From assembly GCA_038322875.1 (NCBI GenBank), contig JBBQGI010000001.1:20372-84371 (forward strand): 64,000 nt of DNA, in the 5' to 3' direction. The stretch comes from Candidatus Limnocylindria bacterium. GTDB taxonomy: Bacteria > Chloroflexota > Limnocylindria > QHBO01. The notes below the pieces were generated by a model. It was given only the letters and a program-made list of their open reading frames with translations, searched no databases and was not told the DNA's origin. How positions within the stretch are numbered: position 1 is the first letter of the stretch; every line of letters begins with the position of its first letter. Position numbers and translations under genes: made by a program. Shown one piece after another: positions 39,854 through 53,796 of the stretch.

Positions 39854-40249
39854 CTACGCTGCCTTGCTGAACGTGACCTCCACCAGCGGGGAGCGATCCA
39901 TCATGACGTCGAGGTCATCGCGACCCCAGTTGCGCGCGACGCGCGCCATGACGGCGCGACGCTCGGTTGGCTCAACAATCGGTCTCGCCGTCGCCGCCAG
40001 ATCGGCCTTGACCGTCCCCTTGAGGTGGAAGGTGAAGCGGGGATCGGCCACCAGATTGGCGTACCAGCTGCGTTTCCCGGGGAGGCCGCTCAGGACGATC
40101 CGCCCGTCGATGTTGTGGAAGACGGTCTCGATCCGTCGGGCCTGGCCGGTGCGTCGGCCGGTGGTGGTGATGTCGATGGTGTGGCCCCTCGACAACGCGC
40201 GCGCGACGCGCTCGTCGGGAGGAAGCTCGGCGGCAAGGTGATTGCTCAT
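39854..40249 (-). CDS. deazaflavin (F420)-dependent nitroreductase family protein (DUF385/Ddn-like)
   Basis: 131 aa with RRTGQxRxxxVxxxxDGxxVLSG....WYANLxADP pattern characteristic of Ddn family. Confidence 0.75.
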   Translation of the reverse strand: MSNHLAAELPPDERVARALSRGHTIDITTTGRRTGQARRIETVFHNIDGRIVLSGLPGKRSWYANLVADPRFTFHLKGTVKADLAATARPIVEPTERRAVMARVARNWGRDDLDVMMDRSPLVEVTFSKAA

Positions 40250-40339
40250 GCAACCAATAATACACGGTCGTGCGGTCACGAAAGAGGGGGCGCCCTGTCG
40301 CGCGCGCAGCGGCCCGAAGGTCGCTGGTCGTGATCTCCG

Positions 40340-40500
40340 CCGCGATCCTCCGCGGGGTCGGCGGGCGGCGGGCAGATCCAGCAGATTGGGTACGGCGTCG
40401 CGGCCGGCGTGCTGATGGACGCCTTCCTGCTTCGCTCGCTGCTGGTGCCATCTCTCGTGGTTCTTCTGGGTCGGTGGAACTGGTGGCCGTCGCCACCTCG
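40340..40500 (+). pseudogene. remnant of an MMPL transporter gene C-terminus
   Basis: in-frame translation ...QIQQIGYGVAAGVLMDAFLLRSLLVPSLVVLLGRWNWWP closely parallels the C-terminus of the intact MMPL at 9.9-10.1 kb (...[29 protein letters not shown]); no start codon or upstream body. Confidence 0.5.
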
Positions 40501-40594
40501 CCCGCGACTCGACGCCGGATGGCCTCCCCGCTCCAGGGAACGACAACTAGAACGGCTGTTCTACCTTAGGCGGTCGCGATAGACTGACGCCGTC

Positions 40595-45028
<4,434 letters not shown>

Positions 45029-45055
45029 GCGCTGGCGTCAGGCGCGAAACCGATT

Positions 45056-45077
45056 CCGGGCAGAAAAAATGCCCCGG
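45056..45077. terminator. weak hairpin CCGGGCAgaaaaaaTGCCCCGG between convergent lhr and beta-CASP genes
   Basis: 7-bp stem, A/T loop, no clear U-tract. Confidence 0.2.
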
Positions 45078-45287
45078 AGGAACCTCACCCCGCCCCCTTG
45101 ATGCAATCTCGGGATCGTGGCCCGGCTCCTCCGGAACAAACAGAACTCTAGGGGCAGGTGCCGGGTCTGCCTAGGGGACTTCTCCACGAGTTTTCGGGCA
45201 ATCGCCAGAGTTATCCACTAGCCGTCCACAACTCCCGGCGATTGGGTGGGCCGGCCAAGGGCGCCATCCCAGCCAGCGGTGCCGGGC

Positions 45288-46811
45288 TCAGCGCAGCTGG
45301 ACCGTCTCCAGGTAGGTCGGCAACTGAGCTTCGAGGTGCATCGTGTCGCGAATGCGCGCGGCGAAGGCCTCGGCTGCGTCCGGGTCGCCGTGGACGACGA
45401 AGACCTTCTTCGGACGCCCATCGCCCGCGGTGCTCCCACCGGCCTTGGCGAAGTTCGACAGCCAGTCATCCAGCTCGTGCTCGTCTGCGTGGGCCGAGAA
45501 GCCGGAGATGGATCGGATCTGGCAGTTGACCGGATACTCCTCGCCGTCGATCCGCGCGGTCTTGCCGCCGGTCTGCAGGTGGCGCCCCAGGGTTCCCTCC
45601 CCCTGGTAGCCGATGAAGAGGAGGGTGCAGGCTGGGTCAGGAAGGAAGTCCTTGAGGTGGTGCATGATCCGGCCGCCGGTCAGCATCCCCGAGCTCGCGA
45701 CGATCATCAGCGGTCGTGGCTGGTTCCTGATCCCCTTGGACTGATCGACCTCGTTGGTGTAGGTCTCGCCGGGATAGACGAGCGGTGAATCGCCGCTCTT
45801 CACCAAGTCGGCCGTCTCCCGGTCGAACTCCTCGGGGTGGCGCGCATAGACGTCGCTTGCGCGGCTGGCCATCGGCGAATCCAGGTATAGGGGCAGCGAC
45901 GGGATGCGCCCGTCGCGGACCAGCTCGTCGAGCACCCAGACCAGCTCCTGCGTGCGACCGATGGCGAAGGCGGGCACCAGCAGCACACCGCGTCCCTTGG
46001 CGACCTCGACGACCGCCTTGGCCAGCTCGGCGATCGCCTCGTCGTGCGGGGCGTGCTCGCGGTTGCCGTAGGTCGACTCGACCAGCACGAAGTCGGCGTG
46101 GCTGATCGGCGTCGGGTCGCGCAGGATCGGCGTGTCGCAGCGACCGAGGTCGCCGGAGAAGACGATCGTGGTCGTCTCAACTCCATCGGTCACCTGCAGC
46201 TCGATGATCGCCGACCCCAGGATGTGTCCTGCATCGCGGAAGGTCGCCGTGCAGCCGGCCGCCACTTCGACCGGCTGGTCGTAGGCGATCGGTTCGAACT
46301 GGATGATCGTGGCCTCCACGTCGGCCATCGTGTACAGCGCCGTGCGGTGCATCGTCATGCCCTCGGGCTTCGCCTTGCGGAGATCCGCCGGCATGTTGGC
46401 CCCGGTCTCCATGGCGGCATCCTCGCTCGAGAGCTCCGCATCGTGGGCCGCCGCCTCATCGGGATGCTTGCGACGCCACCGGTTCTCCGCCTCTTCCTGG
46501 AGCTTCGCGGCATCTCGCAGGACGATCTCCGTCAGGTCGAGCGTTCCGGGGGTCGCGCGGATCGGTCCCTTGAAGCCGGCCTTGACGAGCGCTGGAATCC
46601 GGCCGCAGTGATCCAGGTGCGCGTGCGTCACGAGGAGCGCATCGAGGCTCCTCGGATCGAACTCGAAGGCCATCCGGTTACGGACCACTTCGTGCGGCGA
46701 GCCCTGGAACATGCCGCAGTCGACGAGCAGGCGTCGGTCCCCGGCAATTACCAGGTACTGGGATCCGGTGACGGTGCCGACGGCCCCCAGGAACTGGATC
46801 TGGATGCTCAC
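45288..46811 (-). CDS. MBL-fold beta-CASP family nuclease (RNA-metabolising metallo-beta-lactamase)
   Basis: HxHxDH motif (THAHLDHCG), beta-CASP motifs and C-terminal RMMBL region; 507 aa. Confidence 0.85.
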   Translation of the reverse strand: MSIQIQFLGAVGTVTGSQYLVIAGDRRLLVDCGMFQGSPHEVVRNRMAFEFDPRSLDALLVTHAHLDHCGRIPALVKAGFKGPIRATPGTLDLTEIVLRDAAKLQEEAENRWRRKHPDEAAAHDAELSSEDAAMETGANMPADLRKAKPEGMTMHRTALYTMADVEATIIQFEPIAYDQPVEVAAGCTATFRDAGHILGSAIIELQVTDGVETTTIVFSGDLGRCDTPILRDPTPISHADFVLVESTYGNREHAPHDEAIAELAKAVVEVAKGRGVLLVPAFAIGRTQELVWVLDELVRDGRIPSLPLYLDSPMASRASDVYARHPEEFDRETADLVKSGDSPLVYPGETYTNEVDQSKGIRNQPRPLMIVASSGMLTGGRIMHHLKDFLPDPACTLLFIGYQGEGTLGRHLQTGGKTARIDGEEYPVNCQIRSISGFSAHADEHELDDWLSNFAKAGGSTAGDGRPKKVFVVHGDPDAAEAFAARIRDTMHLEAQLPTYLETVQLR

Positions 46812-46875
46812 GCCGCGGAGTATGGCCGAAGGCGCGTCGAGCGTCCGGATCGGGTCAGCCCTCTATGATCGCCTC

Positions 46876-47961
46876 GTGCCGTTCCCGATCGATCCGCCCA
46901 TCGAGCCGATGCTCGCCAAGCCGACCCCCGAGCTGCCGGTCGGGGATGGCTGGCGCTACGAGCCGAAGTGGGACGGCTTCCGGGCGCTCGTCTTTCGCGA
47001 CTGCGACGAGCTGTACCTGCAGTCGCGAGACCTGAAGCCACTGGACCGATATTTTCCGGAGCTGCTCGACCCCCTTCGCGCCCTGGGCGGGCCAGCGGCA
47101 CGCTTCGTGCTCGACGGCGAGATCGTCATCGCCCGAGACGGCGAGCTCCAGTTCGAGTCGCTGCTGCTGCGCATCCATCCCGCTGCGTCCCGCGTCGCGA
47201 TGTTGGCCGGGGAGACGCCAGCCTCGTTCGTGGCGTTCGACTGCCTGGCGGAAGGCGCCGACGACCTGCGCGACGCAACCCATGACGAGCGGCGCGCGCG
47301 GTTGGAGCGGCTGCTGGCCGATTCGCCGCCATCGGTCCTGCTGACCCCGGCCACCGCCGACCCGGCAGTGGCGCGGCACTGGTTCGACGTCTTCGAGGGC
47401 GCCGGGCTGGACGGCGTGATCGCCAAGCGCGCGGAGCAGGTCTATGCTCCGGGCAAGCGCCAGATGGCCAAGATCAAGCACCTGCGCACCGCCGACTGCG
47501 TGGTGGCGGGCTTCCGCTGGCACAAGAACGGCCCGGGGACGATGGTCGGGTCGCTGCTGCTCGGCCTCTGGACCGACGCGGGCCAGCTGCAGCACGTCGG
47601 GGTCACATCCTCATTCACCGAGGTCAAACGCCGGGAGCTGGTCGAATTCCTCCAGCCGTACCGGGCCGCTGCGCTCGACGGCCATCCATGGCGCGAGTGG
47701 AAGGATTGGGAGGCGGCCGCCGAGGGCAAGCGCATGCCGGGCGCCACCTCGCGCTGGAACCGCGGCAAGGATCTCTCGTGGGAGCCGCTTCGCACTGAGC
47801 TGGTGTGCGAGGTCGCCTTCGATCACCTGCAGGGCGATCGATTTCGCCACGGCACCACGTTCAAGCGCTGGCGCCCGGACAAGCCGCCGAGTGAGTGTCG
47901 CTACGATCAGCTCGAGGAGACCCCGCCCGCCCTTCTGGCGGACCTCTTCGGCGGCCGGTGA
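46876..47961 (+). CDS. ATP-dependent DNA ligase (LigC / LigD ligase-domain type)
   Basis: adenylation motif I KxDG (EPKWDGFR), nucleotidyltransferase and OB-fold regions; GTG start chosen. Confidence 0.85.
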   Translation: MPFPIDPPIEPMLAKPTPELPVGDGWRYEPKWDGFRALVFRDCDELYLQSRDLKPLDRYFPELLDPLRALGGPAARFVLDGEIVIARDGELQFESLLLRIHPAASRVAMLAGETPASFVAFDCLAEGADDLRDATHDERRARLERLLADSPPSVLLTPATADPAVARHWFDVFEGAGLDGVIAKRAEQVYAPGKRQMAKIKHLRTADCVVAGFRWHKNGPGTMVGSLLLGLWTDAGQLQHVGVTSSFTEVKRRELVEFLQPYRAAALDGHPWREWKDWEAAAEGKRMPGATSRWNRGKDLSWEPLRTELVCEVAFDHLQGDRFRHGTTFKRWRPDKPPSECRYDQLEETPPALLADLFGGR

Positions 47962-47970
47962 GCCGGTTGG

Positions 47971-48747
47971 CTAGTTGGCGACAATCGACTCGGCGAGTGT
48001 CCTGAACTGACCCTGCGTGAAGTCGCGCAGATTGCCCACAAGCGCGACGCCATCGCTACCGATCTGCCAGACAAGAACCATCTCACCGCTTGGAGCATGC
48101 AGGTAGAAGGTGGCACGGGCCCCATTCACCATCACGTCTGGCTGCATATCTCCGCCGGTCGTATTGGCGGGTCCATCAAATGCCTGGATGAGCTGGATCC
48201 AACTGTCCCCATCTTCAGGATCAGCGATCGGGCGGTAGAGGCGGCTCCAACGCCCCGTCTCGCTTTCCTGGAGACTCTCCTCGTGGCGAAGCTGCCAACC
48301 TGGAGGGAGGCCAGCAATGGCGACAAGGCCAGGCGGTGGCGCCAGGAAGGTCACGTATCCGGCGAGATCACGAATGCGGATGCCCAGGTACGGCTCTTCC
48401 AGCGTAATCACGACGCTCCGCTGGAATCCAATGAGGACGCAGACGACACCTTCACGCGGGGCGGCAGGATGCTGCAGCGCGTAGATCCCGATGTGGAGTT
48501 CGTCCTCGACGATCTGAGCGCGGCCAACATAGCCGACGCTGCACGGGTCATCGGCCGAGAACTCCCGTCCGCCGATGAAGGTCACGCTGACAGACATGCC
48601 GTCATGGGCGAGCGCAACTGCATCAAACCTGACCGGCCGCGCCGGCTCGGCCAGCGGGGCCCGCTCTACGGGACCGAACAAGGTGGTACAACCGAAGACG
48701 ATCGGTGCTACTCCAGCCACGAATCCCACGACGCATACCCGTCGCAT
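47971..48747 (-). CDS. hypothetical lipoprotein
   Basis: signal peptide with lipobox (IVFGC); no recognised family. Confidence 0.5.
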   Translation of the reverse strand: MRRVCVVGFVAGVAPIVFGCTTLFGPVERAPLAEPARPVRFDAVALAHDGMSVSVTFIGGREFSADDPCSVGYVGRAQIVEDELHIGIYALQHPAAPREGVVCVLIGFQRSVVITLEEPYLGIRIRDLAGYVTFLAPPPGLVAIAGLPPGWQLRHEESLQESETGRWSRLYRPIADPEDGDSWIQLIQAFDGPANTTGGDMQPDVMVNGARATFYLHAPSGEMVLVWQIGSDGVALVGNLRDFTQGQFRTLAESIVAN

Positions 48748-48881
48748 GACGTTCAGACGCCCCGGGTCATCGGCAATTCATTCACGCCGAACGCAGCATG
48801 ACGAGGTTGTCGCCGTTCCGCCAAGGACGATCCATCGCTACACTCCACCCGGCTCCGTCATATCGAGGAGATAGCGAATCC

Positions 48882-50582
48882 GTGACCGATCCCAATCTTG
48901 CCGTCAACGAACTCGCCGACCGATTCTGGGAGGGGGTCCTCTCGCGAGACCCGATCTACGCCACGATCCTCGGTGACACGCGCTGGGACGACCAGCTGCC
49001 AGACCTGGGCGAGGCGGGACGCGCGGCAGACGCCGACGCCTATCAGGAGACCCTGGCCGCAGCGGAGGTGATCGGAGCCGAGGGGCTTGAGCCGGAGCAG
49101 GTGATCACGCGCGACATGCTGATGCTCGTCGCCAGCACGCACCTGGAGGCATTGGAACAGAAGCAGTACCAGTTCGCCGTCAACCACATCTTTGGCGTGC
49201 AGACGATGCCAATGCAGGTGGCCCAGTACCAGATCGCGGACACGCCCGAGGGGCTCGAGCGCCTGATCAGTCGGTACGCTGCCTACCCGGCAGCGACCGA
49301 GCAGACGATCGAAACCCTGCGCGAGGGCATCGCCGACGGCCGTACCTCGGCTGCCGTGCCGGTTCGCAAGGAGATCGAGCAGATCGCGCGGATGCTCGCG
49401 GTGCCGAGCGATGTCTTCCCAGCGGTCACCATGGCGCAGGTCGCCGACGATGCCGCGCGCGATCAGATTCGCACGGCGGTCGAGGCCGACATCTATCCAG
49501 CGCTGCAGCGGCTCCACGACTTCCTGGCCGACGAGTACGAGGCGCAGGCGCGACCGGAGCCGGGGATCTCCGCCACGCCGGGCGGCGACGAGGCGTATCG
49601 GCTCGGCATTCGCATGAACACGACGATCGACACCACCCCGGACGAGGTGCATGGCTTCGGGATGGAGGACCTGGTGCATATCGAGGCAGAGAAGGACGAG
49701 ATCGCGCGACGGGCCGGCTATCGGGATCGCCTCGCGTATGCGAAGGCGCTGTCCGAGGATCCTGCAAACCACTCGTCGTCGCGGGAGCGGATCATCGAGA
49801 TCGCTGCCGAGCAGACGGCTCGCGCCTTCGCCACGGCGCGCAGCTACTTCGGCCGCCTGCCGCGTGCCGACTGCGAGGTCAAGGCGGTGGAGGAGTACCG
49901 CGAGCGCGAAGTGCCGCCCGCCTTCTACATGCCACCCACCATCGACGGTTCGCGACCCGGACAGTACTACCTCAATACGTACCAGCCCGAGCAGCGGGAC
50001 CTGCACAAGATCGCCTCGATCACGTTTCACGAGGCGACCCCGGGGCATCACTTCCAGCTCGCCATCGAGATGGAGCTCACCGGCCTGCCGGCCTTCCGAA
50101 CCCTCGGCTCGCGCATGGCCGGCGCCGCCTATTCCGAGGGCTGGGGCCTCTACTGCGAACGCCTCGCCGACGAGATGGGGCTGTACCAATCCGATGCCGA
50201 ACGACTCGGCATGCTGGACGCGCAGGCGTTTCGGGCGGCACGCCTGGTGGTCGACTCAGGACTCCACGCCTTCGGCTGGAGCCGCGCCCGCGCTATCGAG
50301 TTCATGCACGAGCGCGGAGCGCTGCCGCCGGTCGATGCCGAGATCGAGGTGGATCGCTACACCATCTGGCCGGGTCAGGCACTCGCCTACAAGATCGGCC
50401 AGCGCGAGATCGAGCGGGCACGGCGTGAGGTGAGCGAGTTCATGGGAGACCGATTCGACCTGCGCGCCTTCCACGACGAGGTGCTGGGCCACGGATCGAT
50501 CCCGCTGGCGACGCTGCGCCGCGAGATCCCCGGCTGGGTCGAGGCGGCCGTCGCGGCGCGCGAGGGCGCGCCGGCAGGCTGA
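48882..50582 (+). CDS. DUF885 family protein (putative metallopeptidase)
   Basis: family-typical HEATPGHHFQ motif and length; GTG start with GAGGAG RBS. Confidence 0.8.
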   Translation: MTDPNLAVNELADRFWEGVLSRDPIYATILGDTRWDDQLPDLGEAGRAADADAYQETLAAAEVIGAEGLEPEQVITRDMLMLVASTHLEALEQKQYQFAVNHIFGVQTMPMQVAQYQIADTPEGLERLISRYAAYPAATEQTIETLREGIADGRTSAAVPVRKEIEQIARMLAVPSDVFPAVTMAQVADDAARDQIRTAVEADIYPALQRLHDFLADEYEAQARPEPGISATPGGDEAYRLGIRMNTTIDTTPDEVHGFGMEDLVHIEAEKDEIARRAGYRDRLAYAKALSEDPANHSSSRERIIEIAAEQTARAFATARSYFGRLPRADCEVKAVEEYREREVPPAFYMPPTIDGSRPGQYYLNTYQPEQRDLHKIASITFHEATPGHHFQLAIEMELTGLPAFRTLGSRMAGAAYSEGWGLYCERLADEMGLYQSDAERLGMLDAQAFRAARLVVDSGLHAFGWSRARAIEFMHERGALPPVDAEIEVDRYTIWPGQALAYKIGQREIERARREVSEFMGDRFDLRAFHDEVLGHGSIPLATLRREIPGWVEAAVAAREGAPAG

Positions 50583-50590
50583 GCGGCCCG

Positions 50591-51172
50591 ATGCGTGCGC
50601 CCGAGCAGGTCACGCTGGCCGGACGCTTTGTCCGCCTCGAGCCGATCGAGGAGCGGCACCGCGACGACCTCCTGGCCGCCGCATCGGAGGACCCTACGAC
50701 CTTCCGGTACATGGGTGCCGACCTGTCCGTCGGCCTGGAGGTCTGGCCGGCCTACCTGGCGGACGCTCTGCGCCCCGACTACGTCGCCTGGGCCACCGTC
50801 GATGCGGCCAGCGGCCGGGCGATCGGCGCGACCCGCTTCGGCGACATCGCGCCGGAGCACGGGCGGGTGGAGATCGGCTGGACGTGGATCGCGCCCTCGC
50901 ACCAGCGCAGCGCCACGAACACCGAGGCGAAGCTGCTCCAGCTCGGCTACGCCTTCGATGAGCTGGGGGCGACTCGGGTCGCGCTCAAGACCGATGGACG
51001 CAACCTGCGCTCACAGGCGGCGATCGAGCGGCTCGGGGCGCAGCGCGAGGGGGCGCTGCGGAGGCACATGCGCATGCCCGATGGCTTCATCCGCGACACG
51101 GTCTACTTCTCAATCCTGGCCGAGGAGTGGCCCGCGGTGAAGGCCCGTCTCGAGGAACGGCTCAGCCAGTGA
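50591..51172 (+). CDS. GNAT family N-acetyltransferase (RimJ/RimL-like)
   Basis: acetyl-CoA binding segment RVALKTDGRNLRSQAAIERLGA and overall GNAT fold length. Confidence 0.85.
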   Translation: MRAPEQVTLAGRFVRLEPIEERHRDDLLAAASEDPTTFRYMGADLSVGLEVWPAYLADALRPDYVAWATVDAASGRAIGATRFGDIAPEHGRVEIGWTWIAPSHQRSATNTEAKLLQLGYAFDELGATRVALKTDGRNLRSQAAIERLGAQREGALRRHMRMPDGFIRDTVYFSILAEEWPAVKARLEERLSQ

Positions 51173-52282
51173 GGATCACCTGGCCGCAGGCGCTGGGATG
51201 GCGCCTGGGTCGGCAGCTGCTCGACCCGGTGGGCAGCCTCTCAGCAGTGGATGTGGTACGGCGGTTGGGCGGCGTCCAGGCCCAGGTCGCCTCTTCGGCC
51301 GACCTGGCCGTGCGTGTCCGTCGGGCCTCCTTGCGCGACGGCGAGGTGAATCGCGCCCTGGTCGAAGGCCGGCTCATCAAGACCTGGGCGATGCGCGGCG
51401 CGCTCCATCTCCTCACGCCCGAAGAGGGAGGCGCCTTCCTGTCCCTGATCGCCGCCGGGCGATCATGGGAGCTGCCGAGCTGGCAGCGCTACTTCGGCAT
51501 GCAGGCCAGGCACTGGGACACCATGCGCGCCGTCGTACGCGAAGCACTCGCAGGTCCGGCCCGGACGCGTGAGGAGCTCATCGCGGCAATCGTCGCTGAG
51601 CCCAAGCTGAGTCACCTGGCCAAGGAGCTGCGCTCCGGGTGGGGAACGCTCTTCAAGCCGCTCGCCTTCCAGGGCGAGCTGTGCTACGGCCCCAACCGCG
51701 GGACCCGCGTGACCTTCATGCGTCCCGACATCGTCAGTGCACAATGGGCCGGCCTCCCCGATCCCGACGCTGCCGCCCCACTTGTGATCCTCTCCTACCT
51801 TGCGGCCTACGGTCCGGCGACGACCGATAGCCTCTGCAACTGGCTGGCCGGCGGCCGGGGCGCCCGCCGGCTGCGCGCCTGGGTCGCTGCCCTCGGCGAC
51901 CGGCTGGCGGCGGTCGACGTGGATGGGGAAGCGGCCTGGGTTCGCGCGGAGGACCTCGACGAGCTGGCTAGGGCGCGACCGAGCAACCGCGATTCGGCTG
52001 CTGCCGGGATTCGACGCCTACGTCCTGGGACCCGGGACCAATGACGGGCGGGTCGTGCCCGCCGCGCGCCGCAGCGCGGTGAGCCGCCAGAGCGGCTGGA
52101 TCTCACCGGTCGTCGTCGCGGGCGGGGTGGTGGCTGGAACCTGGGAGCTCGACCGCGAGATCATCCGCATCGACTGGTTCCGCGAAGCCGGCAGACTGCC
52201 GCGCAGGGCTCTCGGCGACGAGGTGGCGCGCCTGGAAACGATCTTCGGGCGCGACCTGCGGGCCGAGTTGCGTTTGATCTGA
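51169..52282 (+). pseudogene. winged-helix DNA glycosylase AlkZ/YcaQ-like (DUF1006) gene with apparent frameshift near 51.98-52.00 kb
   Basis: N-terminal 290 aa in one frame (ends at 52044) and conserved C-terminal segment (RLLPGFDAYVLG...) continues in +1 frame to 52282; combined length ~385 aa matches family. Confidence 0.6.
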
Positions 52283-52301
52283 GGGGATCGCTCGGCTGAC
52301 C

Positions 52302-53780
52302 TCAGGACGCCGCGTGGATCTCCTGGGCAGCCTTGATCCCCGACTCGAGCGCGCCCTGGATCCAGGCGTGGTAGAGCGAGCAGTGCTCGCCGGCGAAGTA
52401 GATCCGACCCTCCGGCCGCACGATGTCGGCCTGCAGCTGGGTCTGCTGCTCCGGCGCGAAGAGGGCGAATGCGCCGTTCGCAAAGCGGTCGCTGTACCAG
52501 GCGTGCGAGGCGCCGACCTCGTACACATCGCGGATGCGGGGGTGGATCGTCGACACATCGTCGAGAGCCTCCTCGAGCCGCGTCTCGTCGTCCATGGCGC
52601 CCCAGCGCAGCGCGTCCTGGCTCCAGGTGTAGGAGGCGAGGAGGACGCCCCGCGCAGTCGACGGGTCGGGGGTGGGGTAGTTGATGCGCCGGATCGGCAG
52701 GTCCGTGACGGTCGCCCCGCCGTAGATGCCGTCATCGGCTTCCCACACGCGCTCACTGACCTGGAACAGGATCTTGGTGGAGGCCGAGTAGTTCAGCTGC
52801 CGGATGGCGCGCTGCTTCTCGTGCGAGAAGGGCGTGAGCTGCTCCACCTGGCGGAGGACCGAGAAGGGGATGGCGCAGATCGCATAGTCGGCGCGCTCCG
52901 TGTAGCGGCCGGCCTCGGTCTTGAAGTGGATCGTCACCCCATCTGGATCCTGATCGATGGCAAAAACCTCGGCGCCGAAACGGATCCGGTCCTGCAGCTC
53001 GCCGTAGAAGGCGCGAGGCAACAGATCGGTGCCGCCCACGATCTCCTGCATGTCCTCGAATGACTTGCCCAGGTCCTCGCGCAGCTCCTCGATGACTGCG
53101 TTATTCATATCGGCCTCGACGAAGTTGATGACGCCGTACATCTCGATGGCGCCTTCGCTGAAGCCCTTCAGCACCAGGAACTCGCGGAGCGAGTACTGAT
53201 CGTACTCACGCACAATCTGCTCCCAGCCGGCGTCGCCCTCGCGCGCGAGAAGCTCGCGCAGGTCGCGCGTGGCGTCCTGCCATAGGTCGTCGATCGTTCG
53301 GCCGCGCTCGTGCTCGGCGACTTCGAAGGGCAGCTCGCCTGGCTGCTGGTGCGCTTCCTCGGCGGTCAACCGCCTGCCGCCGACGTGGACCAGGCCCTTG
53401 GGATTGCCCATCATGAACGGGCGCAGGGACAGGCCGAAGAGGGTGACGTACTTCAGGGTCAGGTCATGCACGCGTGGGATGCGCATGGCGCCCGCCTCCG
53501 CGTAGAGGCCGGGGGCGAACGAGCGCAGGGTGTAGACGCGTCCCCCGACCCGGTTCTGCGCCTCGAGGATCAGCGGGTCATGACCCTGGCGGGCCAGCTC
53601 GAAGGCGGCAACCAGGCCCGCCATGCCACCGCCGATGACGATGACGCGCTTGCGTTGTCCCTCGAGCGGCTCGAGTCCCTCACGGGGGACCGACAGCACT
53701 TCGGCGGCGACCGGTGCGGCCGAAGGCGGCGGCTGCTCTTCAGGGTCCGGATGGAGCGGATCGCGGGTGTCTGGCTGCAT
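52302..53780 (-). CDS. flavin-containing amine oxidase (L-amino-acid/monoamine oxidase family)
   Basis: dinucleotide-binding VIVIGGGMAGLVAAFEL, conserved C-terminal FAGEH motif. Confidence 0.85.
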   Translation of the reverse strand: MQPDTRDPLHPDPEEQPPPSAAPVAAEVLSVPREGLEPLEGQRKRVIVIGGGMAGLVAAFELARQGHDPLILEAQNRVGGRVYTLRSFAPGLYAEAGAMRIPRVHDLTLKYVTLFGLSLRPFMMGNPKGLVHVGGRRLTAEEAHQQPGELPFEVAEHERGRTIDDLWQDATRDLRELLAREGDAGWEQIVREYDQYSLREFLVLKGFSEGAIEMYGVINFVEADMNNAVIEELREDLGKSFEDMQEIVGGTDLLPRAFYGELQDRIRFGAEVFAIDQDPDGVTIHFKTEAGRYTERADYAICAIPFSVLRQVEQLTPFSHEKQRAIRQLNYSASTKILFQVSERVWEADDGIYGGATVTDLPIRRINYPTPDPSTARGVLLASYTWSQDALRWGAMDDETRLEEALDDVSTIHPRIRDVYEVGASHAWYSDRFANGAFALFAPEQQTQLQADIVRPEGRIYFAGEHCSLYHAWIQGALESGIKAAQEIHAAS

Positions 53781-53796
53781 GACGCGATCCTATCGG

